This document shows, in pieces, positions 17,493 to 28,318 of a stretch of 38,802 nucleotides of DNA; position 1 is the first letter of the stretch; every line of letters begins with the position of its first letter. The notes under the pieces are model-generated. The model made no database searches. It was given only the letters and a program-made list of their open reading frames with translations, and had not been told where the DNA came from. Source of the stretch: Betaproteobacteria bacterium. Lineage in GTDB: Bacteria > Pseudomonadota > Gammaproteobacteria > Burkholderiales > SG8-39. The translations under genes were made by a program, and so were the position numbers. Where the stretch lies: NCBI GenBank assembly GCA_031409355.1, contig JANNXB010000407.1, positions 1 to 38,802 on the forward strand, in the 5' to 3' direction.

Positions 17493-18776
17493 TTACCGGG
17501 CGGTCCCGCCCTGCGGCAGGCGCTCGATCCGCTTGACCAGCGTCCTGAGCAGCGCACGGTCGAATTGCACCTGGCACGCCGCGGAGGCGCGGCGCAGCGA
17601 CCCGGCCGTGATTTCGAGCAGCACGACGGGCGAGGCGCTGGTCATGGTCGTTTCGCGCGGCGCCTCCCGTTCCTCGAAATACAGGATGTCGCCGAAAAGC
17701 TGGCCCTCGCCGAGGGTTTCGAGCGACACGCCGCCTCGGCTGACGACGACGTCGCCCGCCGCGATGATGAAAAAACCCCGGCAGGCCTCGCCCTCGCGAA
17801 TTACCGTCATTCCCTCGCGCAGCCGGTGCCAGACTCCGATGCGCAGCGCCTCCCAGATTTCGACGTCGCCGAATTCCTGGAACAGCGGCAGCTGGCACAA
17901 CACGCTGAACCGTTCCGCTTCCGACTGGTCCTGGTCGGGAAGCTTGAGTTTGCCGAACAGACCTTCGAGTTCCGCGGCAAACTCGCGCCATTCCGCATAG
18001 CGCTCCTCGCGGTTCTTGGCGAGCGCGCGCATCACGATGCGATCGAGTTCCGGCGGCAGATCCGGTCGGGCAAGCGAGGGCAGCGCCGGATCGATCTGCA
18101 GGATCTGGTACAGCAGGCTTTCGCGGCTCGAGCCGTGAAACGGAGGCCGGCCGGTCAGCAGCTGGTACATCACCGCGCCCAGTGAATAAATGTCGGTCTG
18201 GTGGCTGAGGCGCCTGTCCTCGATCTGCTCCGGCGACATATACAGGGGCGAGCCGACGCCGGAAAGAAGCGTGTGCGCCGCGGCGACATATTGCGCGGCG
18301 CCGAAGTCACTGATCTTCAGCTCATCGTTCTTGCAAAGCAGCAGGTTGGCCGGCTTGATGTCGCAATGAATCACGCCCTGCTGATGCGCGTGGTTCAGTG
18401 CGAGCGAGGCCATGAACATGAGTTCGACCACCCGGTCGATCGGTAGCAGATTGTCGTAGCGGCAGTACGTCTCGAGTGTGCCGCCGTCCGCGTACTCCAT
18501 GACGATGTAGTTCTCATTGCCCTCGCTGACCGCGTCATGAATTGCGACGATATGCGGGTGCTGCAGCTTTCCCGTAAGGGCGGCTTCGGTCAGGAACGCG
18601 CTCTGAGCCTGCTGCCGCTCCACTTCGCCCGCGACCAGGCTGGTCTGCATGACCTTGATCGCAACCTGCTGCGAGCGGAACATGTCGAAGGCCAGGTATA
18701 CGCAGCTGGTCGCACCTTGCCCGAGCAAACGGCTTACGGGATACTTGCCAATGCTCCGGGGTATCGCCTCGGTCAT
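17493..18776 (-). CDS. Hanks-type Ser/Thr protein kinase with a C-terminal cyclic-nucleotide-binding (CAP/PKA-R type) domain
   Basis: I chose ATG 18776 (MTEAIPRSIGKYPVSRLLGQGATSCVY). Kinase motifs: GQGATS, VAIKVM, HCDIKPANLL, SDFG, SPEQ. The C-terminal ~120 aa resemble a cNMP-binding barrel (LPLFQEF...GEGQLFGDILYFEEREAPRETT). Confidence 0.88.
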   Translation of the reverse strand: MTEAIPRSIGKYPVSRLLGQGATSCVYLAFDMFRSQQVAIKVMQTSLVAGEVERQQAQSAFLTEAALTGKLQHPHIVAIHDAVSEGNENYIVMEYADGGTLETYCRYDNLLPIDRVVELMFMASLALNHAHQQGVIHCDIKPANLLLCKNDELKISDFGAAQYVAAAHTLLSGVGSPLYMSPEQIEDRRLSHQTDIYSLGAVMYQLLTGRPPFHGSSRESLLYQILQIDPALPSLARPDLPPELDRIVMRALAKNREERYAEWREFAAELEGLFGKLKLPDQDQSEAERFSVLCQLPLFQEFGDVEIWEALRIGVWHRLREGMTVIREGEACRGFFIIAAGDVVVSRGGVSLETLGEGQLFGDILYFEEREAPRETTMTSASPVVLLEITAGSLRRASAACQVQFDRALLRTLVKRIERLPQGGTAR

Positions 18777-18870
18777 GTAATCAAGGTGCGGTGTTGTCCG
18801 ACGTTGCAGTTGCGGATATTTTGGTCTAAAAAGCACATGTAGCGTTAGATAGTTACGCCAAGGAGACGCA

Positions 18871-19308
18871 GTGGACCTCATTGCACACTTTCAGGGAGCT
18901 CGGAACCTGGTTTTCATTCAAGCCGGGGTCCCTTTGTTCAGCGAGGGCGAGCCTGGGAATGCCATGTACGTACTCATGGAAGGTTCGGCAGTGGTCGTTG
19001 TGGCGGGTCACGCTATCGAGGTTGCCGTGCCGGGGGCTTTGCTTGGTGAAATGGCTTTGGTCGATTCATCCGTCAGAAGTGCTACGGCAATAGCGCGCAC
19101 AAATTGCCGCCTTTTGCCAATCAACCGCGCGCATTTCGATCTGCTGGTACGCGAATCTCCCGAATTCGCGAGGCACGTCATGACGGTAATGGCCGGCCGA
19201 TTGCGGAGCATGAACCAAAGACTTCTGGCAGCTGTATATAACGACCCGACGATCCGGAACATTCTGCGGCGCAATACTGCCGCAACCGTCGAGCAAATGG
19301 GCAATTAG
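18871..19308 (+). CDS. Stand-alone cyclic-nucleotide-binding domain protein (145 aa)
   Basis: GTG start 5 nt after AAGGAG. The whole protein is a single cNMP-binding domain with a canonical phosphate-binding cassette GEMALVDSSVRSAT. No HTH or other output domain. Confidence 0.8.
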   Translation: MDLIAHFQGARNLVFIQAGVPLFSEGEPGNAMYVLMEGSAVVVVAGHAIEVAVPGALLGEMALVDSSVRSATAIARTNCRLLPINRAHFDLLVRESPEFARHVMTVMAGRLRSMNQRLLAAVYNDPTIRNILRRNTAATVEQMGN

Positions 19309-19329
19309 CCCAGCCCGATCCCCGATGTT

Positions 19330-20273
19330 CTAGACGACCGCGCCCTCGTTCTTTTCCTCCGCGCCTTCCTTTTTCGTCGGGCGCACGAACTGGGCTCGAT
19401 CCACCCCGAGCCACATCACCAGCGGGCTGGCGACCAGCACGGACGAGTAGATCCCGAAGCAGATGCCGATGGTGAGCGCGAGCGCGAAGTAGTGCAGCGC
19501 CGGGCCGCCGAAGAGCAGCATGGTGGTGACCATCATCTGGTGCAGCCGTGGGTGATGATGGTGCGCGAAATGACGCCGGTGATCGCGCTGTCGATGACTT
19601 CCGGCACCGTGGCCTTCCGCATCTTGCGGAAGTTCTCCCGCACCCGGTCGAACACCACCACCGATTCGTTCACCGAGTAGCCGAGCACCGCGAGCACCGC
19701 GGCCAGCACCGGCAGCGAAAATTCCCACTGGAACAGGGCGAAGAAGCCCAGGATGATCACCACGTCGTGCAGGTTGGCGATGATCGCGGCCAGGCCGAAG
19801 CGCCACTCAAAGCGGATCCAGAGGTAGAACACGATGCCCACCGCGGTGACGAGGAGCGCGAGCGCGCCGTGCTCGGCGAGCTCGTCGCCGACCTGCGGGC
19901 CGACGAACTCGATGCGGCGCACCTCGGCCGTGGCGTCCTGCACCTTTAGCAGCCCCGTGACTTTCTGCGACAGGTCGGCGGTGGACTGGCCCTTCTCGAC
20001 CGGCAGGCGGATCAGCACGTCGCGCGAGGAGCCGAAGTTCTGCACCTCGCCCTTCAGGCCGGCCTTGTCCAGCGTCTCGCGGATCGCCTCGACGTTCGCG
20101 GCCTCCTTGTAGTTGACCTCCACCAGCGTGCCGCCGGTGAACTCGACCGAGAAATGCAGTCCCTTGTAGGCGAGGAAGAACACCGCGAGGAAGAAGGTGA
20201 CCAGCGAGATGATGTTGAACAGCAGCGCATGCCGCATGAACGGAATGACGCGGCGGATCTTGAATAACTCCAT
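19330..20273 (-). pseudogene. secF: Protein-export membrane protein SecF, reading frame broken by an apparent 1-nt deletion (or a sequencing error)
   Basis: ORF 19533-20273 ends ...SRTIITHGCTR-stop. ORF 19330-19806 continues in another frame with QMMVTTMLLFGGPALHYFALALTIGICFGIYSSVLVASPLVMWLG. Joined, they give a normal ~313-aa SecF. Confidence 0.85.
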
Positions 20274-20293
20274 CTGCTCAGTTTCCTCTCACG

Positions 20294-22132
20294 TCATTTC
20301 CAGGCGGTATCGCCGATCGCCAGGTGCGCGACCTTGCGCCGGTGCCCGTAGGCGAGGTTGACGATCGCGCGCGACACCACGACCGAGGAGAAGATCGAGG
20401 TCAGGATGCCGAGGCAGTGCACCACCGCGAAGCCGCGCACGGGACCTGAGCCGAAGATGAGCAGCGACAGGCCCGCGATCAGCGTGGTGACGTTGGAGTC
20501 GAGAATCGTGCCCCAGGCGCGCTCGTAGCCGGCGGAAATCGCGGCCTGCGGCGACTGCCCGGCGCGCACCTCCTCGCGGATGCGCTCGTTGATCAGCACG
20601 TTGGCGTCGATCGCCATGCCCAGGGTAAGCGCGATCGCCGCGATGCCGGGCAGGGTAAGCGTCGCCTGCAGCAGCGACAGCAATGCCACGAGAAACAGCA
20701 GGTTGACGCCGAGGGCGATCGAGGAGAACACGCCGAACAGGGTGTAGTACGCGCTCATGAAGAGCACGATCGCGACAAAGCCCCACTTGGTGGCATTGAA
20801 GCCCTTGTCGATGTTCTCCTTGCCGAGCGACGGGCCGACGGTGCGCTCCTCGATGATCTCCATCGGCGCCGCGAGCGAACCGGCGCGGATCAGCAGCGAC
20901 AGGTCGCTGGTCTCGGCCGGGGTGAAGCTGCCGGTGATCTGGAAGCGGGAGCCGAATTCGCCCTGGATGGTGGCCACCGAGACCGCCTCGCCCTTGCCCT
21001 TCTCGATGAGGACGATCGCCATCAGCTTCTTCATGTTCTCGCGCGTCGCCTGGCGCATGATGCGGCCCGCCGACTCGTTCAGCTCGACCGCGACCGCCGG
21101 GCGCTGGTCCTGGTCGAAGGTCGCCTGCGCGCCGACGAACTGGTCGCCGGTCACCAGCACCTGCTTGCGGGTCGGCACGTTGCCGACGCTGCCGTCGCGC
21201 CTGCGCTCCGGGAAGACATCGACATTGAAGTTGCTGCCCGAGCGCATCGCGTCCTCGTCCACGAGGCGCACTTCGAGGGTGGCGGTGCGGCCGAGGATGT
21301 CCTTCGCCTTGGTGGTGTCCGTCACGCCGGGCAGCTGCACCACGATGCGGTCCGCGCCTTGCTGCTGGATCACGGGCTCGGCCACGCCGAGCTGGTTCAC
21401 GCGCCGGTTCAGGGTGACGATGTTCTGCTTGATCGCCATGTCCTGTTCGTTCTTTAGCGCCTCGGGCCTGAGCGTCGCGACCAGCAGCTGGTCCTGGCCG
21501 TCGTCGCGCCGGGCAAGGACCAGCACCGGCAGCGCCTCGTTCACCGTCTGGGCCGCCTTGTCGCGAGTCTCGGCGTCGCGGAAGCGCATGCGCAGCGTCT
21601 GGCCTTCGCGCGAGATGCCGGCATGGCGCAGGTTCTTGTCGCGCAGGAGCGTGCGGATCTCGCCCACGTAGGCATCCAGGCGCTTGGTGATCGCCGCCTG
21701 CATGTCCACCTGCAGCAGGAAATGCACGCCGCCGCGCAGGTCGAGGCCGAGGTACATCGGCAGCGCGTGCACCGCGGTGAGCCAGTTGGGCGAGGAGGAA
21801 AGCAGGTTCAGCGCCACGAAGTAGTCGGGATTCTGCGGATCGGCATTGAGCGTCTTGTCGATCAGGTCTTTCGCTTTCAGCTGGGTGTCGCCGTCCGCGA
21901 AGCGCAGGCGCACGCCGTTCGGGTCGAGCAGGATGCCGGTCGAAGGGATGCCGGCCGCCTTCAGGGCGACTTCGACGCGCGCGAGAACGGCGGCGTCCAC
22001 CTTGACGGTGGTCTTGCCGCTCGAGACCTGCACCGCCGGCGACTCGCCGAAGAAATTCGGCAGCGTGAAAAGGAAGGCGAGCGCGATCGTGAGGCCGATC
22101 AGCGCGTATTTCCAGGTCGGATAGCGGTTCAC
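20294..22132 (-). CDS. secD: Protein-export membrane protein SecD
   Basis: 612 aa. N-terminal TM, large periplasmic domain, C-terminal 5-TM bundle. Lies directly upstream of secF and downstream of yajC. Confidence 0.95.
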   Translation of the reverse strand: MNRYPTWKYALIGLTIALAFLFTLPNFFGESPAVQVSSGKTTVKVDAAVLARVEVALKAAGIPSTGILLDPNGVRLRFADGDTQLKAKDLIDKTLNADPQNPDYFVALNLLSSSPNWLTAVHALPMYLGLDLRGGVHFLLQVDMQAAITKRLDAYVGEIRTLLRDKNLRHAGISREGQTLRMRFRDAETRDKAAQTVNEALPVLVLARRDDGQDQLLVATLRPEALKNEQDMAIKQNIVTLNRRVNQLGVAEPVIQQQGADRIVVQLPGVTDTTKAKDILGRTATLEVRLVDEDAMRSGSNFNVDVFPERRRDGSVGNVPTRKQVLVTGDQFVGAQATFDQDQRPAVAVELNESAGRIMRQATRENMKKLMAIVLIEKGKGEAVSVATIQGEFGSRFQITGSFTPAETSDLSLLIRAGSLAAPMEIIEERTVGPSLGKENIDKGFNATKWGFVAIVLFMSAYYTLFGVFSSIALGVNLLFLVALLSLLQATLTLPGIAAIALTLGMAIDANVLINERIREEVRAGQSPQAAISAGYERAWGTILDSNVTTLIAGLSLLIFGSGPVRGFAVVHCLGILTSIFSSVVVSRAIVNLAYGHRRKVAHLAIGDTAWK

Positions 22133-22163
22133 TGCGAGGGTTCTGCGATCGGGTTCGGTTCTG

Positions 22164-22490
22164 CTACTTGATGCTCTTGATCGTACCCTTGGGCAGCAGC
22201 GTCTGGACCGCCGGCCGCTGCACCATGATCATGGTCCCGGCTGCGATCTCCAGCGTCGCGTACTGGTCGCCAAGTTCGACGATCTTGCCCAGCAATCCGC
22301 CGACGGCGACGACCTCGTCGCCCTTTTGCAGCGCATCGATCATCGCCTTGTGCTCCTTGGCGCGCTTCATCTGCGGCCGGATCATCAGGAAATACAGCAG
22401 CACGAACATCAGGATGATGGGCAAAAAGCTCATCAGACCGTCGCTGCCGCCGAGAGCCGGGGTTTGCGCGAAAGCAGGGGAAATCAGCAC
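22164..22490 (-). CDS. yajC: Preprotein translocase subunit YajC
   Basis: 108 aa. Single TM followed by YFLMIRPQMKRAKEH. Conserved tgt-yajC-secD-secF order. Confidence 0.9.
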   Translation of the reverse strand: MLISPAFAQTPALGGSDGLMSFLPIILMFVLLYFLMIRPQMKRAKEHKAMIDALQKGDEVVAVGGLLGKIVELGDQYATLEIAAGTMIMVQRPAVQTLLPKGTIKSIK

Positions 22491-22526
22491 GAAATACCTC
22501 GTTAAAAAAGCCGGAAAAGCTTGAAA

Positions 22527-24616
<2,090 letters not shown>

Positions 24617-24674
24617 CCGGCCCATTATAGAATTGCCCCCCCACAGGAGCACGGGTACGGTTGCCCCGTGCTGC

Positions 24675-24761
24675 GCCGGAATGGTGGAATTGGTAGACGC
24701 AGCGGACTCAAAATCCGCCGACAGCGATGTCATGAGAGTTCGAGTCTCTCTTCCGGCACCA
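24675..24761 (+). tRNA. tRNA-Leu, anticodon CAA, class II with long variable arm, encoded CCA
   Basis: Acceptor stem GCCGGAA/TTCCGGC. D-loop AATTGGTAGA. Anticodon stem GCGGA/TCCGC with loop CTCAAAA. Variable arm GACA-GCGA-TGTC. T-arm GAGAG-TTCGAGT-CTCTC. Discriminator A plus CCA. Confidence 0.95.
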
Positions 24762-24825
24762 GTAGAATGCACTCTGATGACGACTAACCGGGCAGGGCTG
24801 CATTGCCACATCAAGCGTTGACGCC

Positions 24826-27135
24826 TTGGCGGACGCCCTGACACCGGCCGACGAACTCGCGCGCCAAGCGAGCGAGCGGTTGCGCCTCGCGCTTGGCGCG
24901 AGCGGCGCCTGCATCTGGGACTACGACCTCGTCACCGGGTGCGTCTACCTTTCCGAGGGCTGGGCCGCGCTGACCGGCACGCCGGCGGGCGAGACGCATA
25001 CTACGTTCGAGGCGCTGCTCGCTCAGGTTCATCCTGAGGACCTGGCCGCCGCCAAGGGGGTGTACCTGGAGGTGCTCAAGGGACAGCGCGAGGCGTACGC
25101 CGTAGAGCACCGCGTGCGCACCGGCGCGGGGGAATGGCGCTGGATCCTGTCGCGCGGCAAGCTCATCGAACGCGGCGCCGACGGCCGCGCGCGGCGACTG
25201 GGCGGCATCAACGTCGACATCCAGAGCCGCAAGGCCGCGGAGCTGGCGCTCGCCGACAGCGAGGCGCGCTACCGCAGCCTTACCGCGCTGTCGCAGCACA
25301 CGTACTGGGAAACCGACACGGCGCACCGGCTTGCCGGCGCCGGGGACACGTCGGTGAACGTCGGCGCGCTGACCCTGGCGCAGCAGATCGGCAAGGCGTT
25401 CTGGGATTTTCCAGCCACCCTGCCGGACGAGGCGGGGTGGCGCGCGTTGCAGCTGAAGTTCGAGCGGCGCGAGCCGTTCCGTCACTTCGAGGTTTCGCGC
25501 CGGACCAGCGGCGGCGGCGAACGGCACCACGTGCTCTCGGGCGAGCCGCGCTTCGACCAGGGCGGCCGCTTCCTCGGCTACCGGGGCTTCAGCCGCGACG
25601 TCACCGACCGCGTGATCGAGGTGCGGCGCGCGCGCGACGCCTACGAGCAGCTGCGCGCGGCGATCGAGAACCTGGACGAGGTCGTCGCGCTGACCGACGC
25701 CGACGACCGCTTCGTCATGGTCAACCGCGCCTTCCTCGCGATGAGCGGCGTGATCGCGGAATTCGCGCAGCCCGGCTGGACCTATGAGCAATACCTGCGC
25801 GCGGGCATGGCCGCCGGCAACATCGTCGGCGCCATCGGGCGCGAGGAGGAATGGATCCAGGAGCGCATGGCCCTGCGCCGCAACGCGACCCAGCAGATGG
25901 AACTGCAGCTCGCGGGCGGCCAGTGGCTGCTGATGCGCGACCAGCGGCTGGCGAACGGCGGCACGATCACCTGGGGCCTGGATATTTCCGACCGCAAGCG
26001 CGCCGAGGCAGCGCTCGCCACGAGCGAAGAGCATTTCCGCGCCGTCTTCGAGCGCTCGAACGCGGGCATCGCGATGTGGGCGGTCGACGGCCTGTACATC
26101 GCGGCGAACACGGCGTACTGCGATTTCGTCGGCTATGCGATCGACGAGCTCATCGGCAAGGTGCACGCCGGCGAACTGCGCCTGCCCGGCGACAACGAGG
26201 GCTTCGACCTAACCGGGCGCATGGTGCGTGGCGAGGTCGCGTTCACCTCGCGCGACCGGCGCTATCGCCGGCGCGACGGCAGCGACGTCTGGGGCCGCAC
26301 CACGGTCGCGGCGGTGCCGGGCAACGATGGCATGCCGCAGCATTTCATCTCGGTGGTGATCGACATCACCGAGGCGCGCCAGGCGCGCGAGCGCAATGAG
26401 CGCCTGAACGTGGAGCTCGAGGAGCGCGTCGCGGCGCGCACCGTCGAGCTGCGCAGCGCCCTGAAGGAACTCGATGCGTTCGCCTACTCCGTGTCGCACG
26501 ACCTGCGCGCGCCGGTGGGCGCGGTGAGCGGCCTGGCCCACCTGCTGCGCACCGGCGAGGCGCCGCGCCTTAGCGACGACGGCAAGCGCCTGCTCGGCAT
26601 GATCGAGGGCAACACCGAGCGCATGATCGGCCTGATCGACGGCTTGCTGCGGCTATCGCAGCTGGGGCGCGGCGCGATCCGGCGCGTCGCCGTTTCCATG
26701 GAAGAACTGGCGCGCGAAGCGGTGCGCGACGCCGCGGGGCAGGCCGGCGCGGAGATCGTGGTCGACGCGATGCCCGGTTGCGAGGGCGACCCGGTGATCC
26801 TGCGCCAGGTCTGGGCCAACCTCGTCGGCAACGCGCTAAAGTATTCGAGGACGCGGAAGGCCGCACGGGTGGACATCGGCTGGGACATGGGGCAGAAGGC
26901 CTACTTCGTGCGCGACAACGGCGTCGGCTTCGACATGAAGTACGCGGGCAAGCTGTTCGGCGCCTTCGAGCGCCTCCACGGCGAATCGGAATTCGAGGGC
27001 AGCGGCATCGGCCTGGCGATCGTGCAGCGCATCCTCGAGCGCCACGGCGGCAGGATCTGGGCCGAGGCCGCTCCCGATCGCGGCGCTACCTTCTGGTTTA
27101 CCGTGCCTGCCGCCGCGTCTGCAAGGAAGCGTTAA
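24826..27135 (+). CDS. Cytoplasmic sensor histidine kinase with about four PAS/PAC repeats
   Basis: 769 aa with no hydrophobic TM segment. Repeated PAS/PAC-like blocks (for example IWDYDL...EHRVRTGAGEWRWI and RRYRRRDGSDVWGR). HisKA H-box FAYSVSHDLRAP. HATPase boxes NLVGNALKYS, DNGVGF, GSGIGLAIV. TTG start is uncertain. Confidence 0.85.
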   Translation: MADALTPADELARQASERLRLALGASGACIWDYDLVTGCVYLSEGWAALTGTPAGETHTTFEALLAQVHPEDLAAAKGVYLEVLKGQREAYAVEHRVRTGAGEWRWILSRGKLIERGADGRARRLGGINVDIQSRKAAELALADSEARYRSLTALSQHTYWETDTAHRLAGAGDTSVNVGALTLAQQIGKAFWDFPATLPDEAGWRALQLKFERREPFRHFEVSRRTSGGGERHHVLSGEPRFDQGGRFLGYRGFSRDVTDRVIEVRRARDAYEQLRAAIENLDEVVALTDADDRFVMVNRAFLAMSGVIAEFAQPGWTYEQYLRAGMAAGNIVGAIGREEEWIQERMALRRNATQQMELQLAGGQWLLMRDQRLANGGTITWGLDISDRKRAEAALATSEEHFRAVFERSNAGIAMWAVDGLYIAANTAYCDFVGYAIDELIGKVHAGELRLPGDNEGFDLTGRMVRGEVAFTSRDRRYRRRDGSDVWGRTTVAAVPGNDGMPQHFISVVIDITEARQARERNERLNVELEERVAARTVELRSALKELDAFAYSVSHDLRAPVGAVSGLAHLLRTGEAPRLSDDGKRLLGMIEGNTERMIGLIDGLLRLSQLGRGAIRRVAVSMEELAREAVRDAAGQAGAEIVVDAMPGCEGDPVILRQVWANLVGNALKYSRTRKAARVDIGWDMGQKAYFVRDNGVGFDMKYAGKLFGAFERLHGESEFEGSGIGLAIVQRILERHGGRIWAEAAPDRGATFWFTVPAAASARKR

Positions 27136-27217
27136 GAACATCGCACTTGCGGCGCGCGCGCTGGACAGGCCAGCATGCCGGGCGTAGGCTGTAATCGAGG
27201 ATATTTAGGGAGGAATT

Positions 27218-28318
27218 TTGGCGAAAGCGCAGATCCACCTGCTGCCCGCAGCGCGCAATACCGTGATGGTGGTGGACGACCAGTCCACCAGCCGCTCGAT
27301 TCTTGAGCAGGTGGTGCGCGGTCTGGACGACCGGGTGGTGGTCGAAGGCTTCGCCCGCCCGGTGGACGCGGTGGTCTGGGCGGCGCGCAGCGTCGCCGAC
27401 CTCGTGCTGCTCGACTACATGATGCCCGACATGGACGGCATCGAACTGGTCGGCCGGCTGCGTTCGCTGCCCGGCTACGAGCACGTGCCGATGGTCATGA
27501 TCACCGGCAAGGACGACAGGAAGGTCCGCTACGCCGCGCTTGATGCAGGCATCACCGACTTCCTGACCAAGCCGGTGGACGCGCGTGAGTGCCTGGCGCG
27601 CTGCCGCAACCTGCTCACGCTGCGCCGCCAGCAGCTCGCGCTGGAGGACAAGCGCCGCCTGCTGGAAGGCATGGTGGACGAGGCGACGCGCGAGATCCGC
27701 GAGCGCGAGAAGGAAACGCTGCTGCGCCTGGCGCGCGCCGGCGAATTCCGCGACGAGGAGACCGGCTACCACCTGATCCGCATGGCGCGCTACTCGCGCC
27801 TGATCGCCAACGCGATCGGCCTGGAGCGCGACGAGGCCGAGACCATCGAGCTCGCGGCGCCGTTGCACGACATAGGAAAAATAGGCATCCCGGACGGCAT
27901 CCTGCTCAAACCCGCGCGCCTGGACGAGGCGGAGTGGACCACGATGCAGCGCCACCCGTCGATCGGCCACGAAATCCTCAAGGGCAGCGCCTCAAAGTAC
28001 GTGCGCATGGGGGCGCTGATCGCGCTCGGCCACCACGAGCGCTACGACGGCAAGGGCTATCCGAGGGGCCTGGACGGAGACCACATTCCGCTGTGCGCGC
28101 GCATCGTCGCGGTGGCCGACGTCTACGACGCGCTGACCTCGGCGCGCCCGTACAAGAAGGCATGGAAATCCGCCGACGCGCTCGACTACATCCGCTCGCA
28201 GCGCGGCAAGCATTTCGATCCGGGGCTGGCGGACGCGTTCCTCGGCATCAGCGACAAGGTGCAGGAAGTGCAGCGCGACCTGCAGGACTCCGCTCTCGAC
28301 CACGGCGAGCCCGAGTGA
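27218..28318 (+). CDS. rpfG: Two-component response regulator, REC + HD-GYP cyclic-di-GMP phosphodiesterase domain (RpfG-like)
   Basis: REC motifs: [27 protein letters not shown] motifs: [10 protein letters not shown] and [14 protein letters not shown] start preceded by GGGAGG. The symbol is given from architecture plus synteny with the rpfC/rpfF-like genes. Confidence 0.88.
   Translation: MAKAQIHLLPAARNTVMVVDDQSTSRSILEQVVRGLDDRVVVEGFARPVDAVVWAARSVADLVLLDYMMPDMDGIELVGRLRSLPGYEHVPMVMITGKDDRKVRYAALDAGITDFLTKPVDARECLARCRNLLTLRRQQLALEDKRRLLEGMVDEATREIREREKETLLRLARAGEFRDEETGYHLIRMARYSRLIANAIGLERDEAETIELAAPLHDIGKIGIPDGILLKPARLDEAEWTTMQRHPSIGHEILKGSASKYVRMGALIALGHHERYDGKGYPRGLDGDHIPLCARIVAVADVYDALTSARPYKKAWKSADALDYIRSQRGKHFDPGLADAFLGISDKVQEVQRDLQDSALDHGEPE

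Noticed and set aside
16380-19308. Reading the cyclase plus cNMP-binding genes as a Pycsar-like anti-phage system (cyclase plus cNMP-sensing effector)
   Set aside because: The cyclase carries a two-component receiver domain and a Lys/Thr purine (ATP)-type specificity pair. The cNMP-binding proteins lack TIR or transmembrane killing domains, and no other defence genes are nearby. I kept it only as a remote alternative for the kinase fusion. It could be tested by the nucleotide specificity of the cyclase.
24626-24770. TAGAAT hexamers (about 24628 upstream of tRNA-Leu, about 24763 just after it, and about 30857 before the heme-oxygenase-like gene), plus an 8-bp hairpin (24648-24672) abutting the tRNA 5' end
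   Set aside because: They are plausible -10 boxes and a pre-tRNA leader structure, but there are no matching -35 elements and no way to verify them from sequence alone. I did not list them as features.
24617-24844. N-terminal extension of the queA ORF (408-aa version)
   Set aside because: It would run antisense through the tRNA-Leu gene. QueA homologs begin at MKLADFDYDLP, which corresponds to ATG 24616.
24811-26166. 451-aa minus-strand ORF, and similar long antisense ORFs (9171-10301, 12854-13807, 14256-15866, 28984-29967, 37827-38690)
   Set aside because: All lie opposite genes with strong family motifs and are Arg/Ala/Gly/Pro-rich. In GC-rich DNA, stop codons are rare on the antisense strand, so such ORFs are expected by chance.
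27589-28314. 5' extension of the 1085-aa ORF (27589-30846), which would add about 240 residues to the RpfC-like kinase
   Set aside because: The extension overlaps the REC-HD-GYP gene out of frame and is Arg/Pro/Ala-rich with no protein-like pattern. GTG 28315 gives a GTGA coupling and an N-terminus ([14 protein letters not shown]) typical of the family.
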